NCBI GenBank assembly: GCA_951406725.2
Contig: OX597816.1
Location: 16,740,001 to 16,804,000, forward strand
DNA length: 64,000 nucleotides
Direction of reading: 5' to 3'
From: Octopus vulgaris
Lineage: Eukaryota
Shown: piece by piece, positions 51,765 through 64,000 of the stretch
How the letters are laid out: every line of letters begins with the position of its first letter
Position numbering within the stretch: position 1 is the first letter of the stretch
Program-made: the position numbers and the translations under genes
The notes under the pieces: generated by a model
Told to the model about the DNA's origin: nothing
The model's database searches: none
The model's input: only the letters and a program-made list of their open reading frames with translations

Positions 51765-52148
51765 TGTGGGAAGCCAGTAGAATTATCAGTGCATCAGACA
51801 AATTGTTTAGTGTAATTTTTTCTGGTACTTTATATTCTGAGCTGAAATCCTGCCAAGTTCACCTTTGCTTTCTGTCCTTTCAGGATCAATAAAATAAAGT
51901 ACCAGTCAAACCATAGGGTCAATGTAATTGACTTGTTGTCCCCATTTAAAACTGCTCGCCTTGTGCCAAAATTGGAAACATTTGTTATTATTATCATTTC
52001 TGCCGAGGTCAACTTTCCCTTTCATCCTTTCAAGGTTGATAAATTAAGTACCGGTGAAATACTGGGGTTGATGTAATCTACCAGTCCCCTCCCCACAAAT
52101 TTCAGGCCTTGTGCTGATGTTAGAAAGGTTTATTATTATTATTATTAT
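51765..52148 (+). mobile_element. Two consecutive family B SINEs with (TTA)n tails
   Basis: Nin-like domain at about 51855 and 52005; tails at about 51985 and 52130-52148. Confidence 0.8.
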
Positions 52149-52389
52149 GAGCTTTTCTTCTTCCAGTTCCAATTCTTGCTGAGTGTCTTGCTGACACCTA
52201 GGGCAAAGAAACTCATTGTAGACACTGACAGAACATTAAAATAAATAAACCAGACTGTTCATTTACAAAATTAAATGACTTTATGTAGAAAGACAAATTA
52301 CATGGGTGGTAACTGTTGTTTGTTGTTGTTCTTTTTCTTCTTCTTATCATCATCATCATCATTCTCCTTTTGTTCTTCCTGTTTTATAT

Positions 52390-53810
52390 CCTGTAGGGTC
52401 AGGCCCAAACTATGAGCCTGGGACATTACAAAGAATATATCACTTGACTGATAGCACTTTCCACTCTCCATAGTAGCATGATATTCTGGTCCTCAAGAAC
52501 ATCACTTTGGTCAAGATGTGGTTGGTGAACTTTTCCATTTCTTCCTGCATGAGTTCTAGTACTCTAATGACCACAGGGAATATTTTGGTCTTCATATTCC
52601 ACATCCTATTGATTTTGATCCCCAGGTCTTTGTACTTGATATTGATGCCACACTTGCCGGTTTCAATCTCTCTGTCAGGATGGTGACCTCATTGTTGCTG
52701 GTGATCATGTTTGGTTGATGTTTCTACCATTTCTTAGATGTCTTCAACACATTTTTCAGTGTAGGTACATTGCTACTTTGTTCTACCCGTAGATGTACTT
52801 GGTCTTTGTTAGTTCCAGGCATCAAAGGACAATGTGGTTGATGGTTTCTTTCTATTGTCCACAAATGCTGCATTCTGAATTTGTTCTGTCTTGTTAAATC
52901 TAGAGCAGTGATTATCAGACCATTTGTCTCTCCTTTCAGTCATGCCCGCATCCTGCACCCATTTGCACTACTTTCATGCATTACTTTGTCCCACAATCCT
53001 TGTTTTGTGCAGCTGAAACCAGTCATGATATTTTGCATTCTACTTCATTTGTTTGGCATAATTGGTTGTTGCCTCATTTTCTGCCGATGGAAATTCTTTC
53101 TTTCTTTCTGATGTTTTACAATTATCATCATCATTATCATCGTTTAACGTCCGCTTTCCATGCTAGCATGCGTTGGACGATTTTGACTGAGGGCTGGCAA
53201 ACCAGATGGCTGCACCAGGCTCCAGTCTTGATCTGGCAGAGTTTCTACAGCTGGATGCCCTTCCTAACGCCAACCACTCCGAGAGTGTAGTGGGTTCTTT
53301 AGAAGAATTATTTTCTATCAGGTATGCATTCAACTCAGTGGTGATAGCTTTGAAGGTTAGCTCAAGCTGAATTAGATCTCATGCTTCTTAAGTTCTTGGT
53401 ACATTCAACCTATCAACATCTACTTTCAGATAGTACATCTTCTCCAAGGTCAGCATCCTTCTTGTGTTGGTGTTTGGTCTCTTGATGTCATTTAGTTTCC
53501 AGCTGATAATGATGAAATTAGTTGTCACTACAGGCACTGCTAGGGTGTTAATAACTTTAGATATTTCAGCTGCATTCAGTTCACATCTTAGAATCATTCC
53601 CATCTTCCTATTATGCTCTCTCTCTGTGCAGATTTTCTTCATCACTGAATACCATATGCCATTTCCTTCCTTCACTCCTAGTCACTTGTATGTGCTATCT
53701 TATTCGTGTTTCTTGATCTCAGAGTGTCAATATTAAAGTTTAGGTTTGCAGTTTTGGACAGTTTTCCTCTCTTAAAGGGGACTTAAACACAGTGATTCCA
53801 CACTCCATAC
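52390..53810 (-). mobile_element. Decayed R4/Dong-like LINE, interrupted by an RTE tail
   Basis: ORF 53388-53675 ILRCELNA..INTLAVPVV..DVDRLNVPR; downstream KGETNGLI, KETINHIV and KYKDL..RMWNMKTKIFPVVI motifs. Confidence 0.8.
53121..53300 (-). mobile_element. RTE-type 3' tail
   Basis: (CAT)n CGTTTAACGTCCGCTTTCCATGCTAGCATG. Confidence 0.85.
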
Positions 53811-55001
53811 TGGTATCATCTTGATGATGGAGAGTAGACCTATCTGTTTATTAAAAAAAAAAGCATAAAATTTTAAGTACCTATTAATAGTAGGTTTAAT
53901 ATTAGCTAATAACTTCCACCTAAATGGTTTTGTCAAGACATTATACATTTCTGATTGTTTATATTACTTTGGAGATATTTTATCTAACAATCAAAAACCC
54001 CTAAGACTGATTTCATACATTTAGTTTAAAGGCAATATGTCTGGATTAAGATTTAAAGAGTTAATGCTGGAAGAGGTTACTTTATTATTTATGCTGAGTT
54101 GTTTATGGTTTAGCTGGTTTTACCTTCCTTCGAAAGGTCATTTAAATAATAAGTATAAGCTTAGATAAACTGAATGTGTTCAAGTAGGATTTTCATCAAT
54201 GATGCATTTTTAATACTTCAGAATAGGAATTGCAGATCCAAATAAAATATTTAAATATTAATAATATTTAAACATTATTTGCTTAGACATTTCCAATCAA
54301 GTTGAAATGGGGAGAAAAAATCTAATAAAACTTGTTTGCATTAACCAGACATATATAAAAACAACAACATCTGGAAAAAGCTTCAGATATAGTCTGCAAA
54401 ATAAATAGTTATTTTACAAAATTTGTAATATAGTATGCTGATTTACAAAAATTATTAAACTTCTATGAATATAAAAATGTAAATATTTAATCCATAACAG
54501 ATAATATTTTTAACTGTACAGGAATTATTTGCAATAAAAACAAATACCCCAAATATCAGCATCATGTGGTGTTACACTATATACATATGATTTAAAATTA
54601 CATAAAAACTACCCACAAATTAGAAATTTTCTGGGTGGTAGACACATTGCACTGTCCAGTTTAATACCATCTCCTGGCCCATAATTGCCTTCAGTGGATT
54701 TTCTCTGTTGTAAGCATTTAGACTAGACTTCTGGAAAGTAGTTATTTTGTCTCATTTATGAACCATAACTCCTTCACATTTTCCTTTATACTTTTCCATG
54801 GTACCATAATTATTATTCAGTTAAAAATCTCTTTATACTCTAACATAGTTCAGAAGGCATGTATAAAACCTTTTCTGCAATAATCTGTCATCACAATACA
54901 TCTAGTCTTCTGATCAAATCAAGTAAATTAAGTTCCCATTTTTTCCCAATTACTGAATATTACTGGGTGCAATTTCTGACAGAAGTGTCACCAGCTAACC
55001 A

Positions 55002-55074
55002 GCCTGGCTAGCTCAGTCTGTAGAGCACGAAACTCTTAAACTCGGAGTCGTGGGTTTGAGCCCCACGTTGGGTG
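55002..55074 (+). pseudogene. tRNA-Lys(CTT) pseudogene / SINE head
   Basis: 73 nt colinear with eukaryotic tRNA-Lys(CTT): GCCTGGCTAGCTCAG..CTCTTAA..GTCGTGGGTTTGAGCCCCACGTTGGGTG; lesions in D-loop GG, T-loop TTC and two anticodon-stem pairs. Confidence 0.85.
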
Positions 55075-55087
55075 AAGCTATTTTTAA

Positions 55088-55148
55088 TGGCAGTGCTCCA
55101 GCATGGCCACAGCTCGTGAGCTGAAACTAGATGTAATGAAATGAAAAT
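55088..55148 (+). mobile_element. CR1-type 3' tail directly downstream of the tRNA-Lys copy
   Basis: TGGCAGTGCTCCAGCATGGCCACAGCTCGTGAGCTGAAACTAGA then ATGAA repeats; matches the LINE tail at 39098-39140. Confidence 0.85.
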
Positions 55149-55409
55149 ATCTAGTTCCTTATTGGCAAGAATTGAGATTAGAACTCAAAATTCCCAGAGT
55201 GAGCAAGAATAGATACTATAAAGCATATTGTCTGACACTTAGGAGTTCAGCCAATCCACTCCCATTAAATGATATTTCTTTTACTGACCCCAAACGGAAG
55301 AAAAGCAAAGCTGACATTGACAGGATTTGAACTCAGACATCAGGGAGTTGGCACCAATATTACAAAGCATTCAATCCCATGCTGTTATAATACTGCTAAC
55401 TTACAACCT

Positions 55410-55630
55410 AATAATGATTCCAAATTTTAGCACGAGGCCAGCAATTTTTGGGGAAGTGTGTGAGACAGTTACATGAATCCCAGTGCTCAACTGGTGTTTA
55501 TTTTATCAAACCCGAAAGAATGAGAGGCAAAGTCAACCTCAGAAGAATTTGAACTCAGAATGTAAAGATGGACAGAAGGCCACTAAGCATTTCACCTGAC
55601 ATGCTAACCATTCTGCCACCTTGCTACCTT
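55410..55630 (-). mobile_element. SINE family B (older copies also at 55150-55400)
   Basis: CCCGAAAGAATGAGAGGCAAAGTCAACCTC..ATTTGAACTCAGAA. Confidence 0.75.
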
Positions 55631-56419
55631 AACTAACAACCTAATTATAACAACAATAACATAATAAAGCACAGTTTCAGATAATTTAAAATACTTTCTT
55701 AATTATTCCCATCAATAGAATGCCAATCTTACTAAGACATAAGAACTAAAGTAGGGCAATTAATGTAAAGAACTTAAATAATTATTTCTTAAAATAGCAT
55801 TCCCTAAACACGTTTTACATAAAAAAAAAGCAACAACATACATTTCAATAAGGATTATGATATGCAAATATTCTAAGATGCTGGGTCACCAATCAGGATG
55901 TTGATGAAAGACAGAAATAGTGTTGATAAGATATATATATATCAGATTTGTCCAACTTATGCCAGCTTGAGCAAAGCTGACTGATGTTAAGAGGAGAGCA
56001 ATGATGATGACAATGTTGATAAATGGAAAATAAGCCAAATATATGTCTAAACACTTAAAAACAGAATGATTTTTATTAGTTCAGTTAGTGATTTTAATAG
56101 ATAATTTTATGGTACTTTGATGACTAGTAATGACCAATTCTGTGTGAAAGGTGTGATAAAATGAAACTAAAGAATGAATAACAAACCAGAAAGTTACTAT
56201 AAATATTACAATTTATTGGTCTGAGCTTGCTTAATGTTTCAGCAATTTAAAGTTATTTCAATGATTCCTTGAGGTATTCTTAATATAATAAAGTAACTGT
56301 GGTGGTTCTCTCGTGTTATTAGTTATAGAACAGATTTGGGATGTGACTTGATTGGTTGCCCCTCTTGAGAATTACCAGCTCTTATTAATAGTTTAATTTT
56401 ACTGAAAATCTGGTGTGTT

Positions 56420-56740
56420 CACATGTGACTGCATATGCGCTTCCATGGTGTGTATGTACATGCATATGAATTTACATGATGCATTTGTGTATGTATGTGT
56501 GAGTGCATGTATGTGTGTGCATATGTGTGTGTGTGAGTATGCATATGAATTTACGTCATGCATTTGTGTATATGTGTGAGTGTGTGCTTCATGCATGTTT
56601 GTATGTGTGTGTGTGTGTGCTTCATGCATGTTTGTATGTGTGTGTGTGTGTGTGTGTGTGCTTCATGCATGTTTGTATGTGTGTGTGTGTGTGTGTGTGT
56701 GCTTCATGCATGTTTGTATGTGTGTGTGTGTGTGCATGTG
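56420..56740. repeat. Compound TG-rich minisatellite
   Basis: GCTTCATGCATGTTTGTAT(GT)n repeated four times from 56586; two TGCATATGAATTTAC.T.ATGCATTTGTGTAT units upstream. Confidence 0.9.
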
Positions 56741-57154
56741 TTATGCTACTGCCAATTCAATCAGCAAATGAATTAGAATTGAATGATATAGTGTGGACAT
56801 TTTAAGTTGCACTAAAGTGCCATGACTTGAACGGTTGTCAACACAGAGCTTTGAAATTCTGTTCTAGTTATAATTAAATCAGGAATTTCAAAATATTAAC
56901 AAAGATTTCGTTTCCAATGTTTCAATAATTTAGAAATTAATCATGTGGCATTCAACATTTAAATGAAGCCATATTGTGTCACATTTAATACTGTTAAACT
57001 ACAAGGCTTAACCTCTTGAAAACAATTGCAAAAAAAAACCCCCAAAAAAACAGTTAGGGAGCTGAAAAAGTGGAATATCATTAAATGATGGTGTTTAGGT
57101 TACACTTGCTGGGTTTGTGCACCAAACATATTTGTTAAAAAATTTAAATATAAT

Positions 57155-57969
57155 CAGGCAAAGTTGTGTTGTAAGAAGTTTGCTTCCCAACCACAAGGTT
57201 CCTGGTTCAGTCCCACTTCATGGCACCTAAGACAAATGTCATTTACTATAGCTGCTTTGGGCCAACCAGAGCATTGTGTGTGGATTTGGTAAATGGAAAC
57301 TGAAAGAAGCCCATTGTATGCATATGTGTGTTTATCTCCTACCATTGCTTGATAACCAGTGTTGATTTGTTTACCTCTCTGTAACAGCAGTTTGGCAAAA
57401 AGAGACTGGTAGTTTAGGTTTGATTTTTTTGACTTAACCATAAAAGGTGGTGCTCCAGCATGACCACAGTCAAATGATTGAAAATGTAAAAGATGAAAGA
57501 TAAATTCTGCTAATAAGAGCAAGTATCCATCCACAGCAAAAATACTTTTCATATCTCAGTGCCTTCTATTCATTTGCTTTGTTTGAAGGAATATTTTAGT
57601 GAAGTATTTAGGTACAGGCATGGTCGTTTGGTTAAGATGTTCACTTTGGAATCATGTGGTTTCAGATTCAGTCCCACTGCAGGGCACCTTGAGCAAGTGT
57701 CATCCACTATAACCCTGGATGGACAAATGTCTTGTAAAATCTGATAGAAATGTGTGTGTGTGTGAGTCTGTTTGTCACATCTGTTCCTCCACTTGACAAC
57801 CAATGCTGGTTTATTTACATCTCTGTAACTTAGCAGCACTGTGAAAGAGTACCAAATATAAAAAAAATATTGTAAGTATTGAGGTTGATTTGTTCAATTA
57901 AAAAAATCTTTCAGAGCAGTGCTCCAGCATGGCCACAGTCCAATGACTGAAACAAGTAAAAGACAAAAG
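57155..57969 (+). mobile_element. Two older family A SINEs in tandem (57155-57500, 57612-57969)
   Basis: Each has a tRNA-like head and a GTGCTCCAGCATG.CCACAGTC.AATGA.TGAAA tail. Confidence 0.85.
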
Positions 57970-59727
57970 GTAATCTCTATTATCTCATTATTGTGTTGCT
58001 GAATGTGAGGCCTATGGAGATATCTAAGCTCTATATAAACTAGTAACACCTATTACAATCTTTTAAGCCACCAACGTTAAGTTTTCTGTCAGAAATATAG
58101 TACAAACACAGATTTGCAAGCAGAATATGAAGACATTGGAAAAGACGAGTACCAAACATCTAACACATTGAAAGTAACAAGGATGATGTTACAAAATTGT
58201 CAAGCTCTGACTATTTAGTTTTTTTATGGGCACACACATGTATTTACTGTATATGAGTCTATACATTTTTATATTTGCCAGTGTATACCACTCTTTATTT
58301 GGTGTGTTGTTGAGTATGGTTTTCTACAGCATTTAATACTGTTATAATCTCTCATTAACATTGCAAGATTGCGTGCGTGTGTCTGTGTGTGCACATGTGT
58401 GATGAGTGTGAACCATCATCAAGTCCCATCAGTAGGGTCCCCTTAGCTAGCTGCTGAACTTAGACTACATGGTTAGTGATCTATCTCAAAATTTGTTCTT
58501 GCCAAAAACAAAAACATTGCTACTACCCGACTACTGCATAATAGAACAAGCACATCACTGATCTCCAGATATAGAATATCTAACAAATCATATCTATGGC
58601 ATATTCAGAAAACCCATAAATCACCAAATAATTGAATAGATTTTGATCAGCAGTAGACCGACCATCGGAACAATTTAACAAAAGATGACTAAGTAGTTAC
58701 AAATTTAGTCAAAGGACCATCACAACTCCCTTATAATATCAACAAGATTTGAGATTATTGGAAAAATTCTTCTAATATGAAGTGCACAATATTTCAGCCA
58801 GAATGTAGCAAAATATAAATGTTCTAAGCTTTGCATAAATGCATACAATTAAAAAGCTTTTACTAACACACAGAAGTATCATTGGAATAGATGAATTTAA
58901 TTCATTAATCTTCTATGTGCTTTATGACACTAATAAGTCAACAAATATATCAGAATAAAAATAAACAATTGGTGAATTGTAAAAGTGAACTGGAAAATAT
59001 TGTCATATTGAAGAATGAAGAGCCATTCTACTACACTTTATATACTGAAGGAAATATCTTCAATTCATTTGCAAAGATATTATTTTCTATCATTAATTTA
59101 GAAAAGTGAGAATTCTAAAGATAGAATATTATCTTGATATGTCTGTATGTGAACATTTGTGATAACTAGCAACTTACTGATGATCAGAGCAACTATCTAA
59201 TGTGTACATTTTTACTCCAGATTATAAATAGGTAAAGAAGATGGACAGCATTGTTGCCATATATGTTTAAATAGGTCTAAAAGAGAGCAAGCCTATTAAT
59301 ATTGGAATCTGTGTGTATTATTTGATATTATCTTTCACCTTACAATAGACCTCATATATCTCAAGCTCAGTCTTAAATTGTTATATTGCTAGTACTTAAA
59401 ATCTGAAAAGTAACACTCTGTCGAAATGGTACTATTATAAATTAGTCCATTCATTTCATTATTACTATAATTAATACAATTTATGTCATTCAAAATATTT
59501 CTCAACTGCAAATATTTTGCAGAAAATATATTATAGTATTTTGGGTGACATGTCACATTTTAAGCTTTTAGCTAAGAGCAACTAAGTATAATTAAGAAAC
59601 TGTTGAATGGTAAAAACGAAAGAAATTGTTCTGATGAATGGGAATACTGATCATTTGCATCTCAATGCAAGAAAACTGTTTATGGTAATCAGAAATCTCT
59701 TATCTATGAAACGAATATTTCTTATTT

Positions 59728-60131
59728 CATCATCATCATCGTTTAACGCCCGCTTTCCATGCTAGCATGGGTTGGACGATATGACTGAGGACTAGCGAAC
59801 CAGATGGCTGCACCAGGCTCCAATCTTGATTTGGTAGAGTTTCTACAGCTGGATGCCCTTCCTGATGCCAACCACTCCGAGAGTGTAATGGGTGCTCTTT
59901 TTGTGCCACCGGCATGGGGACCAGTCAGGCGGCACTGGCAGTGACCTCGCTCGAATCTTTTTACACATGCCACCGGCACAGGTGCCAGTAAGGCGACGTT
60001 GGTAACGATCACACTTGAATGGTACCCTTTTATGTGCCACCAGCATGGAAGCCAGTTGGCTGCTCTGGCAATGATTATGCTTGGATGGTACTCTTGGGAT
60101 CCTACTAGCACAGGCACAAGTGCCAGTAAGG
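59728..60131 (-). mobile_element. RTE LINE 3' UTR fragment
   Basis: Reverse complement of 34540-34926. Confidence 0.85.
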
Positions 60132-62168
60132 CGATGATGATGATGAAAAAGAAATGTCTGTTAGATAATTTGTTCATTTCAAATAAGGTTTTCTAATCTT
60201 GTCATTATTGCAACTTTAACAGCTGTCGGCTTTACTTTAAAACACTAAAATACATCTAATTAGCTGTTAGTTTCAAGCTTATACTTTGTCAAATTACCAT
60301 AAGGGTCAATTAAGAACACTTTATTACATACTCTAATTTTGAATTCATCCATTATACTTGTAACAAGTTAACTTGAAATATATATATATCTTGTACTCAG
60401 ACAAATCATCATGAAATTCATATTAGGTAAAGATCTTTTGGTGTGTAAAATATATGAGAATAGCTAAGCACCATACGTCGAGAAAGCAATTGGTCATGAA
60501 TGACAATAACTGATATATGCATTGTGATTTAGCAATAGAAGATATAAGAAGCAGGTGGACAAAGAAAAACCTGGATAGCAGTTTAGAGAATGTTGTGATT
60601 TAAAGATGGAATGACACATGCTGAGGTAGTAATATGTTGCCAATTTATTCAATCCAAAGCGGCACAGAAAATCATATGCTAAAAGCGTCATGATATGAAT
60701 CATAATTATGTAAACCTTTGAGAGTTTGAAATCAGAAATGAATTATAATGATTGTAAATTCTTAATAGAGTTAACTCAAAATCTTATAGATTGTCTCAAG
60801 AATTCTTTATTTTTACATTTCACACACTGCTTTCTTAATAATTTTTATATTCATTTAAAAGTGTGAGTAACATATTTTTATGATGATTATTTAGATAAGA
60901 AGATAGCCATATATATTACAATAACAAAAGAAAAATGACACAGCGTCTTCTATAAAGCACAGAAAGAGAAATGGAGATGGAGAGATATATGGAGAGAGAA
61001 AGAGAGAGAGAGAGAGATTTTGTTTTGTATCTGAAATAAAAGATAAGTAGTTCCATAATCTCAGCACCAATTAAACAAGATCTACCAAACAAGCCATTAT
61101 TAAGCGAACAACAAGAAAATATAGCTTGGTGAAAAATAAAAATGCAAGACGGATGAGGATGAATGAGAACCAATGAGGAGAAGCATGGCGGTGATGACAT
61201 GACAACAATTATGATAATGATGATGATAATGAAAATAATTTTAATTTTATTCATGCTATTAAGAGATCTTTAAGAAGTAATATTGAATTAAGAATGTTTT
61301 GACACATTTTAGTTATTTTGCTTCTTATCATTAATTTTTTACACAATGAAATTTAGATATGGGCAACAAGATGGATGGCATTTTAAAATTTTTTATGACA
61401 TAAGATTAAAAATTGATTCATATTAAATTTGATGAATAATTGATATTAGAAATTAAATCAGGAAACAGGTTTCTGGCACTAAAATAAAGTGACAGAAATA
61501 ATTTTAAATTGCAATCAAATTTTTAAAGAAAATTAGATATCTATTAAGTTGAATTAATAACTCTGATAAGCAAAGCGGTATATATGAAAATACTGAAAGC
61601 TGCAAAATTATTTAGATATCCAATTAAGTATTTGATCTGCTCCCTTATAAATGATACCTGCTATGGTGTTGTGCCAACAACTCTACCCCTGCTGTTATGA
61701 TGAAAACTAAAACTAGACTTGCTAGACAATTCTCACTTCTTTTCTCTAACGTCCGCGTCTACTCTGATCCAATTTAGAACCCAAACAACAGTTTTTGCTA
61801 CTACACAAACAACACATTTTAAAGGATGTCTATTGTGTTTAATAACTACTTGGATTTTTCCTCACCAAGACACAAATCTCACAACCTCTACAAGTAGTCT
61901 CGTATCTCAGCTGTCCAGGCCACACTCTTTGCTCAAACTTCAATCCAAACAATAGTGTCTGCATATGTAGATTCAACATTCCCCAACACACACTTCTCTC
62001 ACTTGCATATTAGCAATAAAGATTAGCAGTTACTTTTACTCAAAGTCACTATTCCTACAAATACAAGTGGTTTCTCCACTGCTCTTCAAACTGCACCAGT
62101 CACCAACTGCTCTTTCTGCATCAAGGATATCTAACTCACTTCACTTCCTTCTAAACTAATTGCCTACT

Positions 62169-62936
62169 TTGTTGTATTTAGGAATGATCATTTTGCCAGT
62201 TTAGCCAATAAAAACACATGCACTATATATTTGGTGTTACTTTGCTTCAGCGTTATTAATTTTTTACATTAATCTTAATCTTATTTCGACCAGAGTTCTT
62301 TCGTCACACTCCTGTGACCTCATCAGTGGTCCTTTGCTTTCTTCTTTCTTATTTGTGTATCTCTCCTTACTAACGGCCAGCCTTTTTGTATTTTGTATTC
62401 CTATTGTATGTGTCTTCATTTGCGCATGCATATACCTCTATGTGTGTCTATGTTTAGTTAGTGTGTGTGTGTGTGGGGAAGTGCCTGTAACATTTGTATC
62501 ATCATCATCATCATCATCATTTAGCGTCCGCTTTCCATGCTAGCATGGGTTGGACGGTTCAACTGGGGTCTGCGAAGCCAGAAGGCTGCATCAGGCCCAG
62601 TCTGATCTGGCACAGCTTCTACGGCTGGATGCCCTTCCTAATGCCAACCACTCCGCGAGTGTAGTAGGTGCTTTTTACGTGCCACCTGCACAGGTGCCAG
62701 ATGGTGCTGGCAAACGGTGCTGTATCTCCTGTTTATATACGTCCGTGTAATTTGCTTTTGTTTTTGTTTATTTTTATTTTGTTCATGTGTTTACACCTAC
62801 TTAAGAACTCTGGCCGAAATAAGATTAAGATTAATGTAAAAAATGAATAACGCTGAAGCAAAGTAACACCAAATATATAGTGCGTGTGTTTTTATTGGCT
62901 AAACTGGCAAAATGACCATTCCGAAATACAACAATA
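62169..62936. mobile_element. Second foldback Penelope-like element, with an RTE tail inserted at 62498-62720
   Basis: 62169-62462 closely matches 31316-31609; 62803-62936 is the inverted arm. Confidence 0.8.
62288..62331 (-). ncRNA. Minimal type I hammerhead ribozyme motif with perfect 5-bp helix I
   Basis: GACCA-CUGAUGA-G-GUCAC aggagu GUGAC-GAAA-G-aa-CUC-UGGUC. Confidence 0.7.
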
Positions 62937-63625
62937 ATTGCCCTCAGTTATCTCAAAACTCACAACTGTTCTTCGCTCTAACAATTATACCATCCTGACA
63001 CTGTTAATACAGAAACCAAATCTTTTATAATCATCAGTTCTTTACAGTATTACATCAAGTAGTTTCATGTCCTACATGTGTCCCTGAATGGAGCCTACAG
63101 TACTTGGAGAATCTCGACCACTAATACAAACTTGACAGCTCTCACCCTGAAGGACGTAAACACCCTTAATTCCTTTCTCACCGCCAAACCCCACTTCCAC
63201 CATAACTGTCTATGCACACTTATCAGGTTGTCTGGCCTCTCCCTTTTAATAAATATTCAACACACACACACATCTATATATTATGCAATATCCCCCATCT
63301 TCTATACCCCATGGCACTTCAAGTCAGCTGACTGGTGAGAACAATGCCAAGTATCTCTGGCAGCATTTATGTTTCATCACTGCCCTATCAGAAACAATTA
63401 GGTAGATGACTTCAACCATCCTCTTAGTTTAGGCAAAAAATGAAACCTACAGTACTTGGAGAATCTCACTCACTAATACAAACTTGACAGCTCTTACTCA
63501 TAATTGTAATATCGGCAAAAAACATTGGTTCAATGATGAAGAGTACTTTTGTGCATTGCACAGCCTCTATATTATCTTACTTCTCAAACGGAGTCAATCT
63601 TTTTTATCTTTTACTAATAAAAAAA

Positions 63626-64000
63626 TTTCTCTTTTACTCTTTTCCTTGTTTCAAGCATTTGACTGTGGCCATGCTGGAGTACCGCTTTTAGTCGGGTTAA
63701 TCGACCCCGGGACTTATTCTTTGTAAGTCTAGTACTTATTCTATCGGTCTCTTTTGCCGAACCACTAAGTTACGGGGACGTAAACACACGAGCATCGGTT
63801 GTCAAGCGATGTTGGGGGGACAAACACCGACACACAAACACACACACACACACACAGATATATATACGATGGGCTTCTTTCAGTTTCCGTCTACCAAATC
63901 CACTCACAAGGCTTTGGTCGGCCTGAGGCTATAGTAGAAGACACTTGTGCAAGGTGCCACGCAGTGGGACTGAACCCCGAACCATGTGGTTCGTAAGCAA
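63626..64000 (-). mobile_element. SINE family A, head cut by the window edge
   Basis: Tail, microsatellite and body motifs present. Confidence 0.9.

Noticed and set aside
15170-54710. Candidate minus-strand micro-exons near 15172-15212, 17263-17321, 32681-32716, 42143-42169 and 54669-54705
   Set aside because: AG...GT-bounded open stretches this short arise by chance; no recognisable protein and no consistent chain
55002-55074. Functional tRNA-Lys gene
   Set aside because: Mutated D-loop GG and T-loop TTC, broken anticodon stem, attached LINE tail
903-64000. Recurrent ORFs such as RQASFSF..NPLTR..SGTEPGTMWL and YDRLLSVSVYQIHSQG..EDTCPRCHAVGLNPEPCG
   Set aside because: Antisense read-throughs of SINE family A, not a protein family

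Overview
AT-rich eukaryotic genomic DNA. The repeat content (tRNA-headed SINEs with internal (TA)n/(CA)n tracts, abundant RTE-type 3' tails ending in (GAT)n) points to a cephalopod, most likely Octopus; this is recognition by eye, not a database match. I cannot support any intact host protein-coding gene: the window looks intronic or intergenic, and nearly all listed ORFs are microsatellite or SINE read-throughs or decayed transposon pieces. Visible elements: at least four SINE families; 3' fragments of RTE, CR1, L2-like and R4/Dong-like (restriction-endonuclease) LINEs; a decayed Gypsy pol split by a SINE; mariner and maT-type transposase relics; an internally deleted Helitron and two non-autonomous Helitrons; nested TTAA MITEs; an 8-bp-TSD MITE; and a tRNA-Lys(CTT) pseudogene fused to a CR1 tail. 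The most interesting signal is RNA-structural: several unrelated Penelope-like pseudo-LTR remnants carry minimal type I hammerhead ribozyme motifs (about ten, in at least four sequence families). These include a 67-69 bp tandem array with a compensatory U3:A8 core variant and two foldback elements with hammerheads in their arms. Edges of decayed elements are approximate (tens of bp); ribozyme activity is inferred, not shown.
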